Positions 1 through 12,850 of a stretch of DNA of 64,000 nucleotides are shown in pieces. The stretch comes from Lama glama (lineage: Eukaryota). The DNA lies in contig CM052816.1 of NCBI GenBank assembly GCA_028534125.1, positions 51,276,001 through 51,340,000 on the forward strand. The letters run 5' to 3'. A program made the position numbers and the translations under genes. Numbering within the stretch: position 1 is the stretch's first letter; each line of letters begins with the position of its first letter. Under the pieces are notes generated by a model. It saw nothing but the letters and a program-made list of their open reading frames with translations, was not told where the DNA came from and ran no database searches.

Positions 1-381
1 TTTTTTTTAGGCAAAACTTGTTTGAATTTAATGAAGTCATGTGTAAAAACGTAGTATCTCCTGCACAAACACACATACATATCAATGAATATTATTAATT
101 CTCCACCAAAATGTCACACTAACACTCATATTTTAACAGAATTAAAATAATCATAATTAAAGATGTAGCTACTTTATCTGATGTAGAAAAAAAAAAATAG
201 ACTAGCATCTCCCAGCTAAAAAATTCATAGTTCACTGAAATACTTTTAGTAAGATTCAAAAATCTAGTTTTTAACTATAAAATAAGAACATTTTTATAGT
301 GTCTGTGAGCAACTTCATACTGAACATTTTTTAAAATTTTGCATCATGCCAACTATGTAAGAGCATTTGATTTTAGGTAAC

Positions 382-825
382 TGTACTGAGTTGAATAGTA
401 CCCACCCAAAATTCATGTACATCTAGAACCTTGTTTGTGACACTACTGGAAACAGGGTCTGTGAAAATGTAATCAATAAAGACGAAATCATAGGGCAGAC
501 CCTAAATCCAATATGACTGGTGTCCTTATAAGAAGAAGGAAATTCAGCTAGGGAGGCAGACACTCAGGAGAGAAGACCGTAGGAAGAAAGAGGCGAAGAT
601 TACAGCAGCACATCTACAAGCCAAAGAAAGCCAAGGATTGCCATCAACTACCAGAAGCTAGAAAAGGCAAGGAAAGACTCTTTTCTAGAGCCTATGGAAG
701 GAGCATGGCTCTGAAGACATCTTGATTTCTGACTTTCAACCTCCAGAACTGTGAGAGAATAAATTTCTGTGTTTTAAGCCACCCAGTTTGTGGTACTTTG
801 TTATGGCAGCCCTAGGAAACATACA
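382..825 (+). mobile_element. MaLR solo LTR (MLT1B/C-like)
   Basis: TG...CA ends and typical MLT1 segments (ccctaaatccaatatgactggtgtccttataagaaga; ccagaactgtgagagaataaatttctgtgttttaagccacccagtttgtggtactttgttatggcagccctaggaaac). Confidence 0.85.
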
Positions 826-1229
826 GAAGCTGTTTTCTGAGAAATCTGGTGGCACCTTTATAACACCTCTTAGTTAGCTGGGCTGTCATCCTGCCAGCAC
901 TCACACAGGGGCCCTGTTGATAGGTCACGATCAGCAGTAGTTCTGATTGGCTGCAGCCAATTCACTCCGAGCCACTACATAGGTTGTCAAATATTTTTAA
1001 TATCCTTCCTGCCTGTCAGTTAAGCTATTAAGTATCCAATACTATCATCTTTTATTATTTCACTGAGGTTCTGCATTTTATAGATGGAATTATTGTTTTA
1101 AATTCTAGCTCTACACCATCCAACCACAAAGCACAACCTCCATGGCCTTCTACCACTAAAATCTTTGTATTTAGGCAACATAAATGATTTTTAATATTGG
1201 CTTAGATGGAGAAGGATATATATAGAGAC

Positions 1230-1760
1230 TGTTGTTGTTATTGGCTTTTACATTAAGTATCCATTCCTTCTTCTTATGGAACAACAGCCAATTTTCCTCT
1301 AAAGACTCATTCCCTTCTCCCCTGTCAATGTGGACATGGTCTCCCAACTCCCCAGATGATCAGTGGACTCTGATCTGGCCAATTAGGGCACCAGTCCTGC
1401 TGGCCTCAGGGACTCAGGAAGGCAAATAATTCAATCAGAGCCAATGAGAAGTGACTGAGGACTCTGGTTAGGGGAGCAGGATAGAGGCTATTCCTTTTCC
1501 ACTAGATTTGAATCAGAAAGATAAAACCCTGGCAGTGTTGGCAGCATCATGTAATTAAATGGAGCCTGAGAATAAAGCCAATGCAGAGGAAAGCAAGGCC
1601 ATAAGATGCAGAGAGACATGATTCTGATTAAACTATTTACACCAACCATACCTGAAGCTAGCTCTACCCTCAAATTTTTCAATTACATAGCTGCAAAAAG
1701 CCCCTTCTTTCACACAATTTGAGTTGGGTTTTCTATCACTTGCAACCAAAATAATCCTTC
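1230..1760 (+). mobile_element. Old MaLR LTR (MLT1J/K/L-like)
   Basis: ccatacctgaagctag...ttgagttgggttttctatcacttgcaaccaaa resembles old MLT1 3' ends. Confidence 0.65.
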
Positions 1761-3099
1761 TATAAAATGACATATATTGTGTTTATTAATCTAAAATGAG
1801 ATTTTTCTACTGTATTATATTATCACTCACATTATGATAATCAAAGTTAATCATATAAAAGATCTACCAAATACAATAAAACCGTAATAGTATGTGTTTC
1901 TGAGAAGAAATACTGGCAGTCTGCAATTTAAAAATAACCTAGCAATAGAGGGAAAAAAAAAAAACAACTCAGGATATTCAGAGAACAGTTAGAGCTAAAC
2001 TGTGTGTACTGAATATAATTCATCAAATGAGGATAACTGTTTCATTTCATGTTTTCTATACCTGAATGCTGGTCATACAACCTCTTCCTAAGAGAAGCTA
2101 CAATTCAGTAAAACTCTACTTAAAATGCAAAATACACCTTCTGTGATATCAAAAGAGATAAGTCAAAAATTCCTGTGCATCTATGTTATAAAATCTAAAT
2201 AAATTATGTGGTCTCTTTTCCAAGTTAAGATAGGGATACATGTCACTTTCAATATTACTTATAATTTAAGCAATTTAAATTTCTATTTTAGGTAATCTCT
2301 GATAGTATTTATTAGTGTCCACAGGGAGGTACACAAGGATTTTTGACTCAGCCTATATGATCATGGTGATTTTCTTTTCAGCATCAATCTCTTAATAGTC
2401 AAGATTAGCCTTGAAAAATTAAAGATAGAAAAAGGAGAGTTTTTCTTCGCATTTCAAACATTTACTTCCACAGATGTAGGCCTTTCTCTCACATCATTTT
2501 AATTTAAAGCAGAAAAATATGTTTTGTTCCTCACTGTTGAAGGATGCTTTTTTAAAGGCAACAAACATAAAAGCATGAGAACTGCCCCTGAAGCAGCACT
2601 ACAGTAAATGAAACTGAACTTAAAGCCAGTAATGAAACTGAACTTAAACCTCCCTCCAAATATTCCAGTGGACGTTCCACCCTAGATTCTCTGCATTCTT
2701 TTTCTACTTGCTATAGCTTACAATTTAACATTTACTCTCCTTTAATTTTTTAACGTTTATTAGTTTTACTTCCTCAAGTTGATCCTAAGTTCGGGGTTTA
2801 GGCCCCATTCCCTGGGGGGAAGAAAGGCCACTAACAGAAGCTAGGGTCCTTACTGCAGAATCCAGACTGTCTTTCCACATAAAAAGGTGGTAAGAAGGTG
2901 AAAGACTGAAGCACTTTTAAGAGACTTCTCTTGCCTCTAATTACAGGCAGAACTGGAATTGGAAAGCAGGCCTCTTGGCCTGTGTTCCTTCTACTACACT
3001 AAGTAAGTTCTGTCAGAGAGTAGGATCATGGTAGAAAGATGCTTACTGATGCTTGTGGACTGGTGTAAGTCTGGCTCTGCACATGGAGTAACAAGCTCA

Positions 3100-3415
3100 A
3101 GCCACTCAAGTGTTGTCGGGACCAGGAGCCTCAGCATCACCTGGAAGCTTGTTAGACATGCAGAATCCCAAGCCCCACTTCAGACCGTCTAAATGGGAAT
3201 CTGCATTTAATGGGATATCAGGTGATTTGTGTGAAGCACTGTGGCAGGCAGCACTGAAATTTTTGACTCAAAGGGATTGCAAACTGACTGCATTAAATAG
3301 GGTTCTCAACCCAGCTGCACATCACAATCACCTGAGTTTTCAAAATGCTCCTCTCATACTGGTGACATCAGAATCTTCCCAGTAGACTCATGAAAAGCCA
3401 GGGCAGAGAACTATT
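3100..3415. mobile_element. Two MER5-type hAT-Charlie MITE fragments
   Basis: cagcatcacctggaagcttgttagacatgcagaatc...gaatctgcattt, then ggttctcaacccagctgcacat...gagaactattg. Confidence 0.7.
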
Positions 3416-3779
3416 GCACTTAAATCCACTGGAGTCCCCTTCTGAACTTTGAGAACAGAACCAACCATGGACTCTGCAGCTGCCTCGGGAGAATAGGCCA
3501 TGAGCAGCTCCCAGCTTTCAGGAATTCCATGGCTCACTCAGAGCTCTCCATGGCTAAACTCTCCTCTGTGGATGCTCATCTTGGAGCTGTGACTGTGCTG
3601 AGACTGCTTTTTAAGTAGTCTTCAGAACCATCTCAATCCCTACTTTCTGTCAACTTGCCCAAACTTGACCTGGCCATTAATCTCATAACTTAAAGCTGTC
3701 CCATGTTCAACTACACTTCAGCCATCAGGACTCCTTGCTGCCCAATGCCACAAAGCAATTCGCTTCACATTGTCACTGT

Positions 3780-4975
3780 AGAAGAGAAATTAATAGGAAA
3801 CATAGGTGCTGCATATAACCCAGACACCACTAATAAAAAGAAAACAATTCCTCACAGTCAAAACTCCTCAAGTTATCTACAAGGAATGCCCTTCACCTTA
3901 TACCAAAATAAAGAATAAAGATTTAAATGAAAAATACAAAACCATAATTATGCTAGAAGAAAACATTGGAAGATTGGTAGCTTTTAAAAGATACTTTAAA
4001 AATAAATAAAAATCTTGAACTCATATAAAATATTGATAAATTTTACTGCATAGAAAAAATTCTTAACACAATAAAGACAAAAACAAATATTTAAATTTGA
4101 AAAAAGATTTGTAGCTCATATCATAGAAAAGGACTAATTTTGTCAATATACAACTAGCTTTAATTTCCTCAATATATTAATAGCAGTTCCAACAAACCAA
4201 TAACAAAAAGACCAAGAGCTCAAAAGGAAGATGAGCAAAGGATATAAACAGTTCACTAAAGAGGAAGTACTCAGGGACTTTAATCATATAAAATTTAAAT
4301 TATGAACAATGTTACCCATAAGAAAAATGCAAATTAAAACTATGTGATACCACCTATTAGATTGGCAAAGATCAGAAAATGTAAAATACACTGTATAGAC
4401 AAAGATGGGGGGTGTATCAGGCAGCACTTTCATACATTGCCAAGGGCAGAGTAGTTTAAATTAGTATAACCTCCCAGTAGAGCAAGTTGGTAATTATTAT
4501 CCAAACTTAAAATGTACATACCTTTCACCCAGAAATGGTACTTCCAGGAAAATCTTATAAATATAGTGGTACATGTAAGAAACAAAATTCATGCAATGAT
4601 ATAAAGTATCATTTTAATAGTACAATATTAGAAATAACCTAAATGCATGTAGGTCATTTGTTTAAATAAATTATGGTATATCCAAATAATGGAATGCTAT
4701 GTAGCCATAAAAAATGAGTTCTTTAAGTATTCACATGAAATAATAACCAAGATAGATCATTAAGTTATAAAAATATGCAGGACAATATATATATGTATAT
4801 TATGTTATCATTTTTTAAAAATATAAATGCATATGCTTATGTGTATATTGAACATATTTGGAAGGACACTCAAGACATTGACTGGTATGAGTGGTAACCT
4901 CTGAGGGTTTGGATGAGGAAAGTGGGAGGGTTAGGAAGGAAACTTATTTAGTGTATAAATCTTTTTGTGCCTATA
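3780..4975 (+). mobile_element. Ancient L1 (L1M) ORF2 3' end and 3' UTR remnant
   Basis: A-rich with L1 hallmarks (aaaatgcaaattaaaac, aataaattatggtatatcc...atggaatgctatgtagcc). Confidence 0.75.
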
Positions 4976-6649
4976 AATAAGAAACACTTAACATTAAACA
5001 AATACTTCACTGATTGCCCTTTGAACATATGCATCTAGGCCATCGTATTGCTGCAATAGAGTCCAGTCTTGAACTTCTAGGAAGAAAAAGTCCCAGAGGT
5101 TTTATAGAACCCTAGAGAGACAACCAAGTTTTCTAATGTAGTACTGACTACATATTGGATGGAGATCTAAGGATATCCTAACAGAACATGTTTGAGTCTG
5201 CTTTCTTACAAGCTGTCATAAGCTATGCCACCCAGACAGCTATGGTATGCCTGCTGGAATCCAGCTACCAAAACAACTATAGGGTTTTTACTGCAAATTT
5301 TATAAGCTTTTTAACAATTTATTTTAGAAAAACACTGCTGTCTAAAAAAAATTAGGTGATTACCTAAGGGTCTCAGCCTTACTTTGGAATAAAGGATTAC
5401 ATATAGGATGTAAACTAGAGTTAACTGCCCAGGATGATCAGCTGCAGGAAGGGCTTGGCAAGGTCATCCGGGAGGAATTAAGGCAAGAAGAAGTTTCTAG
5501 GTCACTGCTGGCTCTCATCAAACAACAGGACCTTCAAGGCCAATGGAGCCCTGAGGAACAGGCCAAACCTAGGCTACAGATCTCAAGTTCTTTCCATCTG
5601 TAAGAGACCAAACTAATACTACCAGTAGCTGACCAAAGCTAATAAATTTTGGGAGCAAAAAAACTGCTCCTAAAAAGCAAAGCTTACACTAGATAGGTCA
5701 GACATTAAACTAATTATCAGTTCACATTTTAAAAAGCAAAAGTTAGATGGTGTAGGAAAGTAATTGTTAAGGATTTAGAGATCCTCCAGAATGCCATTTT
5801 GAATATGTTAATATGTCTCCTCATGCCCAACCCCAATCCCTACCCAATCTCACTAACAGATACTACTACACCTTTCCAATTTGTGTGTGGATGCCAACCA
5901 TGGCTGACTCTGATGCCTCTGAGTCAATATCAAAGCGACCAGATCCAGCCAAAGTACATCTGCTGGCCTTGACTCAGGCAAAAATTCAAAAGACCAAAAA
6001 CTCAAGAAACCAAAAACCCAGAAGTGAAAGTAAGGATGTAACATATTTTACCTTTGAAAAATACCCTTGTGTGTCTCTTAATTTTCCCTGGTCATACTAT
6101 TTTAGAGTTTATTAAACATGACACAGCCCTTTATTGAATAGTCCACCCATATCTTCTACATGCTTTCTAGACGAGAGGGTTGAAAATATACCTCAGATAA
6201 TAATTAGTTCCAGATGAGGAAGCTGGAACTGTCGTTCTGGGAAAGAATCAAGTCTTCTGGATGTGTTGTCCCACCCAAAAGAAGCCAATACCCCCTTGCT
6301 TCACCATTTGTACAACATAACCCATGATGATTTATTGTCTTTATCTGTATGATCTAAGGTGTGAATTCCTACTGAGCACATTAGTTCACTAGCTGGGAAT
6401 TAAACTACAAAACATTGTGACCACTGGTGCTTGATTGGAGGTTCTCTGGCTCTGCCCAGTTTAAAAGAGCTTTCTTAGCATGGTCATGATATGAAACTAA
6501 AAGAAAATCTTGAAATATTCTCTCCATCACAGCCGTGCGTCAGAGGGTTATGTTGCCTTCTATCACAATACTTATTTCGGCAGTGACTCTTATTTACATT
6601 AGCACACTCATTACATCGTCTTATTTGGTTTAAATTTCTAATCAACCCA

Positions 6650-7250
6650 TAAACAAAGCACAGAGGACTAATTACTGAACAGAATATAAATATTATAAAT
6701 CTTGATGATGTAAAAAAATAATATAATTAATTTAAAAATCAGAAGGAGGAACAGAAAGGAATGTGGGATATAGTATAAGTACACTAAATTCCTCATCTAT
6801 CATAGCAGCAATCAATAGTTATTGTCCAAAGATGAGGAATTAGGAAGTAGAAGTATATTGTTTAAGGTTACAGGGATCGCTTTGGGAATAACTAAGGAGT
6901 TATTTTTCACCAATAAGGGTTACTTTAAACAAATTTAAATCACCCATATGATGGAATACTATGTGGCTATCAGAAATAATGAGAAAGTTCCATATATGCT
7001 CACAAAGAAAGATATCCATTATGTAACATTAGGTAGAAAAAGTAAGTTACAGAACAATGATCCCATTTATGTAAATATGTCATAAAGGTGTATACATATA
7101 TTTACATGTGCATAAAAACAAACTACAGAACTGAGTTAGAGGAGAGGGAAGGAAATATTTTCATCTGTATTTTATATACTATTTATAAAACTATTAGAAT
7201 TTTTACAATGATTATGTATTGTTTTTCCTTGAAAAAGTTATTTAATATAA
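6650..7250 (+). mobile_element. L1M 3' UTR fragments
   Basis: atggaatactatgtggctat, aaaaagtaagttacagaacaat, ttttacaatgattatgtatt. Confidence 0.55.
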
Positions 7251-8819
7251 AAACCCAATCCATGAAAGAAAAAGTAATGCTGTGCTTTCCTTCCACTCTA
7301 TGCAATCAATATTATTCTAAGAACCATAAAATGTTCTTGCATATAACATTAACTTTAATTTTTATTTTCTCTCCCTTTTAAACTTACCCTCTAGTTGCTA
7401 AACCAAAACAAGGTCAATACTTCTTTCCGAGGTCACTCCCTAAATATGGTATACCTTCACTTTGCTTTTCAAGTGGACATTGTTTTACGCCACTTAGGGC
7501 CTTCAATTTTCAATTCCATTCAATAAAGGTATGCTAAAAATTCCAGCACTGTGCTCCTTTGAATAAGAAGTTAAGTTTCCTACAATAGTCCTGTTCTTTT
7601 TCCTGGCAGGATTCTTAGACCTACCAAGTCCCTCTCCTTTTCCCCTCTAGCCTCTTCTGACTTCCTAGATGAGCAGCAGAACACACTGCAGTTCCCTTCC
7701 CCAAGTGCAGGTCAAAGCACAGCAAGGACAGTGGCTCCAGGGGATAAAGAGCAGAAGAAAACCAGCCACTTGTCAAGCCAGAAAAGGAGGTTACTGGACC
7801 AATTTGGTAACCTTATTTGGGGTGGGGGGTGGGGGAGGGTGAAGCACACATGCATGAATATCTATTGATGTGCACCTACACAGCCTGCTTATTTCACACA
7901 AATTTTTTCAAATGGTTATAGTCTAAATAATGCTAAATCCCTTCTCTTTCTTGGAGCCAAACCATCAAAAGTAACTTTAGATCACATTGGTTCCATTTTC
8001 TTTAGTAACACTTTCAACACTTTCAGATATCTCTACAATCTTAGGCTCACTATTAAGCATTTTGTGGGATTTCATTCTCTTTTCCCTCTTTCACTTTATA
8101 AAAATATTTTGTTTTCAGGTTTTCCAACTTGCCCACTTTGAGTTTTCAATTTTCAGTTCATAGATGTGGGACCTCCATGTGTGCCCTCAAACTTTTTATT
8201 ATATTACACAATTTGGTTTTGCTTCCCAGAGCATTCCTGCTTATTTGTGCCCCGAGGAATGCCCAACAGATGCTATAACTGATTGAAGGGGATATGGGGG
8301 ACCTGCTGCAGAAAAAAAATTTTCTCTCTTTGTATATATTTCCAATTTAAGTTTGCAGAGATTTTAACATATTTCGTTGCTCTAGTTTAAATGTTCTCAA
8401 GGGTTTATCATTGCTTTTCTAATATCATAGATAAAATAAAAAAATAAATAAAGATGACCTAGTTCTGACCCTTTCTATATTGATTTCTAAATTTAATGTT
8501 ACTCCAAATCTTATTCGTCTCATAAATAAAATATTTATTTTTATAAAACTATGTTATAAGGAAATTAGAGATTAAAGTAATTTTGTATTTAATAAAACAA
8601 ATTCAAAGAAATTTTATAGTCTGGCAGTAGAAAATTATCAGAGTAGCAAGTTGTCACTTTGATTTCAAAGCACTGTCCTTACAAAGTAGTACAAATAATT
8701 TATTAACTTTCCTAGTTTTTCATGAAAAGGTACCTGAGCTTAAGCAGTTTTACTCTGAGAAGGATCCTGCTGTGAGAGTAGGAAGAAGGAAAGGAAGATA
8801 AGAAAGGCCTTCCTGGCAT

Positions 8820-8975
8820 GGATGCATACAAAGCACCACAAAATGTGCGGCTTTAAACAACAGAGATTAATTCTCTCACAGGTTTGGATCTGGAAGCTAG
8901 AAGTCTGAAATCAAGGGGCTGGCAGGGCCATGCTCTCTATTTAGGCCCTATGGGAGAACCTTTCCTTGCCCCCTC
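8820..8975 (-). mobile_element. MLT1 LTR fragment
   Basis: ggctttaaacaacagagattaattctctcacag...tctggaagctagaagtctgaaatcaagg is the reverse complement of an MLT1 3' end. Confidence 0.7.
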
Positions 8976-8979
8976 ACAT

Positions 8980-9680
8980 TTATATATTGGACTTTAATAT
9001 ACGATAAAAAGAGAATTTTGGATCACAGATGGAAGAATGGATGAGTCAATAATGAAATGAAGCCAACTAGCTCACCATTAAATAAAATAAACTATGTTAA
9101 CACATCTCACAATCTCCAAAATAAACTCCAGATGGATTAAAGCTTTACACATAAAAAATAAAATAATAAAGGCCCAGAGGAAAATACAAGAGAATATTTT
9201 CATAATTTCAAGTTAGGAAAGATTTCCTGAGCAAAACACCAACCCAGAAGCCATAAAGCAAAAAACTGGCAGATTTATTAAATATTAAAAACTTCTGATT
9301 GACAAATCGTACTATTAACAAAGTTAAGAGAAAAGTGACAGTCTGGGAGAAAATATTTGTAATACATATAGGAAATGAAAGATTGATAGTCATAATATAC
9401 AAGTTACTCCTACAAATCAATATTATAAAGATAAATAAATACAGTAAAAGAGACAAAAGGCATAAATAAGAAATCCCTAGAAGAAATAATAGTGACCAAG
9501 AAGCATATAAAAATATGCTCAACATCAGTGTAATGAGGAAAATGCAAATCAAAACAATGTATCATTTTTCATCTTTTAGAATGAAAACATTTTCAAGATT
9601 AGTAATAGCCAATTTTATACAGAGCATGAGAAAATAGGCATTCTCATATACTTTCTGATAGAAATATAAATTGCTACAGG
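8980..9680 (+). mobile_element. Ancient L1 ORF2 3' remnant
   Basis: aaaataaactccagatggattaaag, ctgggagaaaatatttg, gaaaatgcaaatcaaaac. Confidence 0.75.
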
Positions 9681-9704
9681 GAGGAGAGAAATGTTATGCC
9701 TATT

Positions 9705-10936
9705 CTCATTCACTCATTTATCCATTCAACAAATATTAGCACCTTGTTCATATTATGTGGTGTGCTAGGCCCTTGGAATACAGCAGTGAACAAAACAGAC
9801 AAATGTTCTTGCCCTCAGGCAGCCTGCATTCTGGAGGAATAGATATAGGGTGGAGAAGATAACAAATAACTAAATATGTAGACTAGGTGGTTTTAAGGGC
9901 AATAAAAATAAATAAATTAGGGTAAGGGGGATTGAAAGTGATAGGGTTAGGAAAATGCCATTTTACATAGTGGGCAGGCACGAGGACCTTGCTAATAAGA
10001 TGAGCGATGATCTGATTGAAGCAGGGAATAAGTCATACAGCTACCTTTAAGAACAGACTGGACAGTGGGAACAAGATATGCCAAGACTCCATGGTGGAAA
10101 CACCAGGGCTGTTAGTATGGCTGGAGCAGAGTGAAGAAGCAGGAGAATGATGAAGTTAAATTAAGACTGAAGAGGAAAGTTGTGGGAACCATTTAGGCCT
10201 TGGAAGCCATGGTCAGAGCTCTGGATTTTAGCCTGACTACAACTAGAAGTCACTGGAGGGTTCTGGGCCACATAGTGAAATGACCGGACTCAACATTTTT
10301 AAAAGATCACTCTAGCTACTGTTTAGAGAACAGATTCCTAATAGCCATTAATTAGGAAGCTACTGCAATAAGCCAGGCAAGAAAAGATGGCAGCCTGGGC
10401 TAAAGTGGTGCAGCAGAGGTGGTGAGAAGTGGTTGATCATAGACATATTCAAAGATATAGTTAGTAGGATTTATGAATGTATTAAACAGGGGATGTATGC
10501 GAGAGAGAAGTCAAGGGGAACTCCAGGTTCCTGTCCCAAGCAAATTGAAGCTAATATTTACTAAAATAGGGAAACATGTGGATAAAGTAGATTGTGAGGG
10601 AGAGGGGAAAGGTTAAGTAAAAATTAATTATATGTGCTGCCTCAAAGACATTCAAATGGAATGTCCATTAGATGGCTGGATATAAAAGCCTGAAGTTCAG
10701 GGACATAAAGGGGCTAAAAATACAATTTCAAGAGTCATCAGCGAATATAAAGTATTCACAGCCAAGGAGCTGAGTAAGATCTCCTAGAAAGAGAGTCTAA
10801 GTGGAAAAGAGAAATCCAAAGATTGAGCCTGGAGGCACTCCAGAGTTGAGTGACTGGGAGATGAGAAGGAAGCAGCAGAGGAAGCCAATAAGGAACAGTT
10901 GTGAGGTAGAAAGAAACCATGAGATGAGCATCCCAG
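9705..10936 (-). mobile_element. L2 LINE, interrupted by a young L1 (resumes at ~11930-11995)
   Basis: Begins with the reverse complement of the L2 tail (cattcactcatttatccattcaacaaatatt); purine-rich L2 body (aaaagatcactctagctact, aagcctgaagttcagg). Confidence 0.8.
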
Positions 10937-11929
10937 ACAGTAGCATGTAAATCAATGAAGCTAGAACACTCCCTTACACTACACACTCAAAATAAATAAA
11001 CTCAAAATGGATCAAAGACTTAAACTTAAGACAAGATACAATAAACCTCCTAGAAGAAAATATAGGCAAAACATTATCTCACATACATCTCAGCATTGTT
11101 CTCCTAGGGCAGTCTACCCAAGCAATAGAAATAAAAGCAAGAATAAACAAATGGGNNNNNNNNNNNNNNNNNNNNNNNNNNNNNNNNNNNNNNNNNNNNN
11201 NNNNNNNNNNNNNNNNNNNNNNNNNNNNNNNNNNNNNNNNNNNNNNNNNNNNNNNNNNNNNNNNNNNNNNNNNNNNNNNNNNNNNNNNNNNNNNNNNNNN
11301 NNNNNNNNNNNNNNNNNNNNNNNNNNNNNNNNNNNNNNNNNNNNNNNNNNNNNNNNNNNNNNNNNNNNNNNNNNNNNNNNNNNNNNNNNNNNNNNNNNNN
11401 NNNNNNNNNNNNNNNNNNNNNNNNNNNNNNNNNNNNNNNNNNNNNNNNNNNNNNNNNNNNNNNNNNNNNNNNNNNNNNNNNNNNNNNNNNNNNNNNNNNN
11501 NNNNNNNNNNNNNNNNNNNNNNNNNNNNNNNNNNNNNNNNNNNNNNNNNNNNNNNNNNNNNNNNNNNNNNNNNNNNNNNNNNNNNNNNNNNNNNNNNNNN
11601 NNNNNNNNNNNNNNNNNNNNNNNNNNNNNNNNNNNNNNNNNNNNNNNNNNNNNNNAGATTCATAGACACAGAATACAAACTTGTGGTTGCCAAGGGGGCG
11701 GGGCAGGGAGGAAGGACAGATTGAGATTTCAAAAATGTAGAACAGATAAACAAGATTATAATGTATAGCACAGGAAAATATATACAAGATCTTACAGTAG
11801 CTCACAGAGAAAAAAATGTGACAATGAACATATATATGTTTAAGTATAGCTGAAAAATTGTGCTCTACGCTGGAATTTGACACAACATTGTAAAATGATT
11901 ATAAATCAATAAAAAATGTTTAAAAAAAA
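10937..11929 (+). mobile_element. Young 5'-truncated L1 (ORF2 end, 3' UTR, polyA) spanning an assembly gap
   Basis: L1 ORF2-like start (aactcaaaatggatcaaagacttaaac), AATAAA and A-tail, perfect 18-bp TSD atgagatgagcatcccag at 10919-10936 and 11930-11947. Confidence 0.92.
11156..11655. other. Assembly gap (500 N)
   Basis: Run of N. Confidence 1.
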
Positions 11930-12009
11930 ATGAGATGAGCATCCCAGCTGCCAAACAAAGAATATCTCAGGAAGGGAGTGATAGTTGTGCCAATTTTGCA
12001 GTATCTGTC

Positions 12010-12850
12010 AAAATGTGACCATACTCTCTCATTCAGTAATTCAATTTTAAACTATCTATTCTACAGAAATGTATAAGTACACATAAAAATTGTTTTGCAG
12101 AGATATTTACTAAAATATCATTTGCTATAGCAAATTAAATGCCCATTAGTAAAGGAATGCTTAAATTATTGTACATCTGAACAAGAGAACAAAATGTAAC
12201 AATTTAAAAAACCTGGCAGAGGTAAGTTATTGATATGGAATGACCTCTGAATATTAAGTTAAAAAACTAAGAACAATCATATGGAATGGTTAATTCCACA
12301 TATATAGATAAAATATATATACATATATGTATATGTGTATACATATATGTGTATGTGTGTGTATGTGTATATGTGTATGTGTGTGTGTGTGTGTGTGTGT
12401 GTTACTCACAGAATAGGCAGGATAGTGTAGTAAGAGAAAGCATGAGCTCCAAATCAGACTTCCTCAGATATAAATTTGGCTTGTGACCATGGACGAATTT
12501 CTTAACTTCTCTTGACCTTCCTTTCTCCTATGAAATCCCTCAAAAGGAGGTTCTGAGGACTAAATGAGTTAATATACAAAAAAGATGAGTGTCTGGCACA
12601 TAGCAATCACTCAATGTTTTAATAGTGTACATTATAATATATAATAAGTATACATGTGAGTGCATAGGAAGAGATTTTGAAGTTGACTTCCTAAACAGTC
12701 AACACTGGTTTTCTCTGAGAAGTTTGGGACTGAGAGTTGGTAGGAAGGTGGGAGATGGCTGAAAGGGACTTAAACATTTTACCATATATGTGTCTATGTT
12801 ACTTGAATTTTTCATAATATACTAATGCAGATTTTTATAAAAATATAGGT
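12010..12850 (+). mobile_element. Old L1M 3' UTR with an embedded MIR (~12415-12620)
   Basis: L1ME-like segments; MIR core tgtgaccatggacgaatttcttaacttctc...gaggactaaatgagttaata...tctggcacatag. Confidence 0.6.
12296..12402. repeat. Compound (TA)/(TG)n microsatellite
   Basis: Directly visible. Confidence 0.95.

Noticed and set aside
5813..6640. Possible processed pseudogene (coding-like composition, minus-strand AATAAA near 6110-6135)
   Set aside because: The frames I translated gave no recognisable protein, and I found no polyA tail or TSD. A blastx/blastn search would settle it.
7385..7530. Minus-strand donor GGG-type gagg|gtaagt as a cryptic exon end
   Set aside because: No convincing pyrimidine-rich acceptor at a suitable distance.
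11007..11883. Three long ORFs (230-259 aa)
   Set aside because: Artefacts of reading through the 500-N gap inside an L1.
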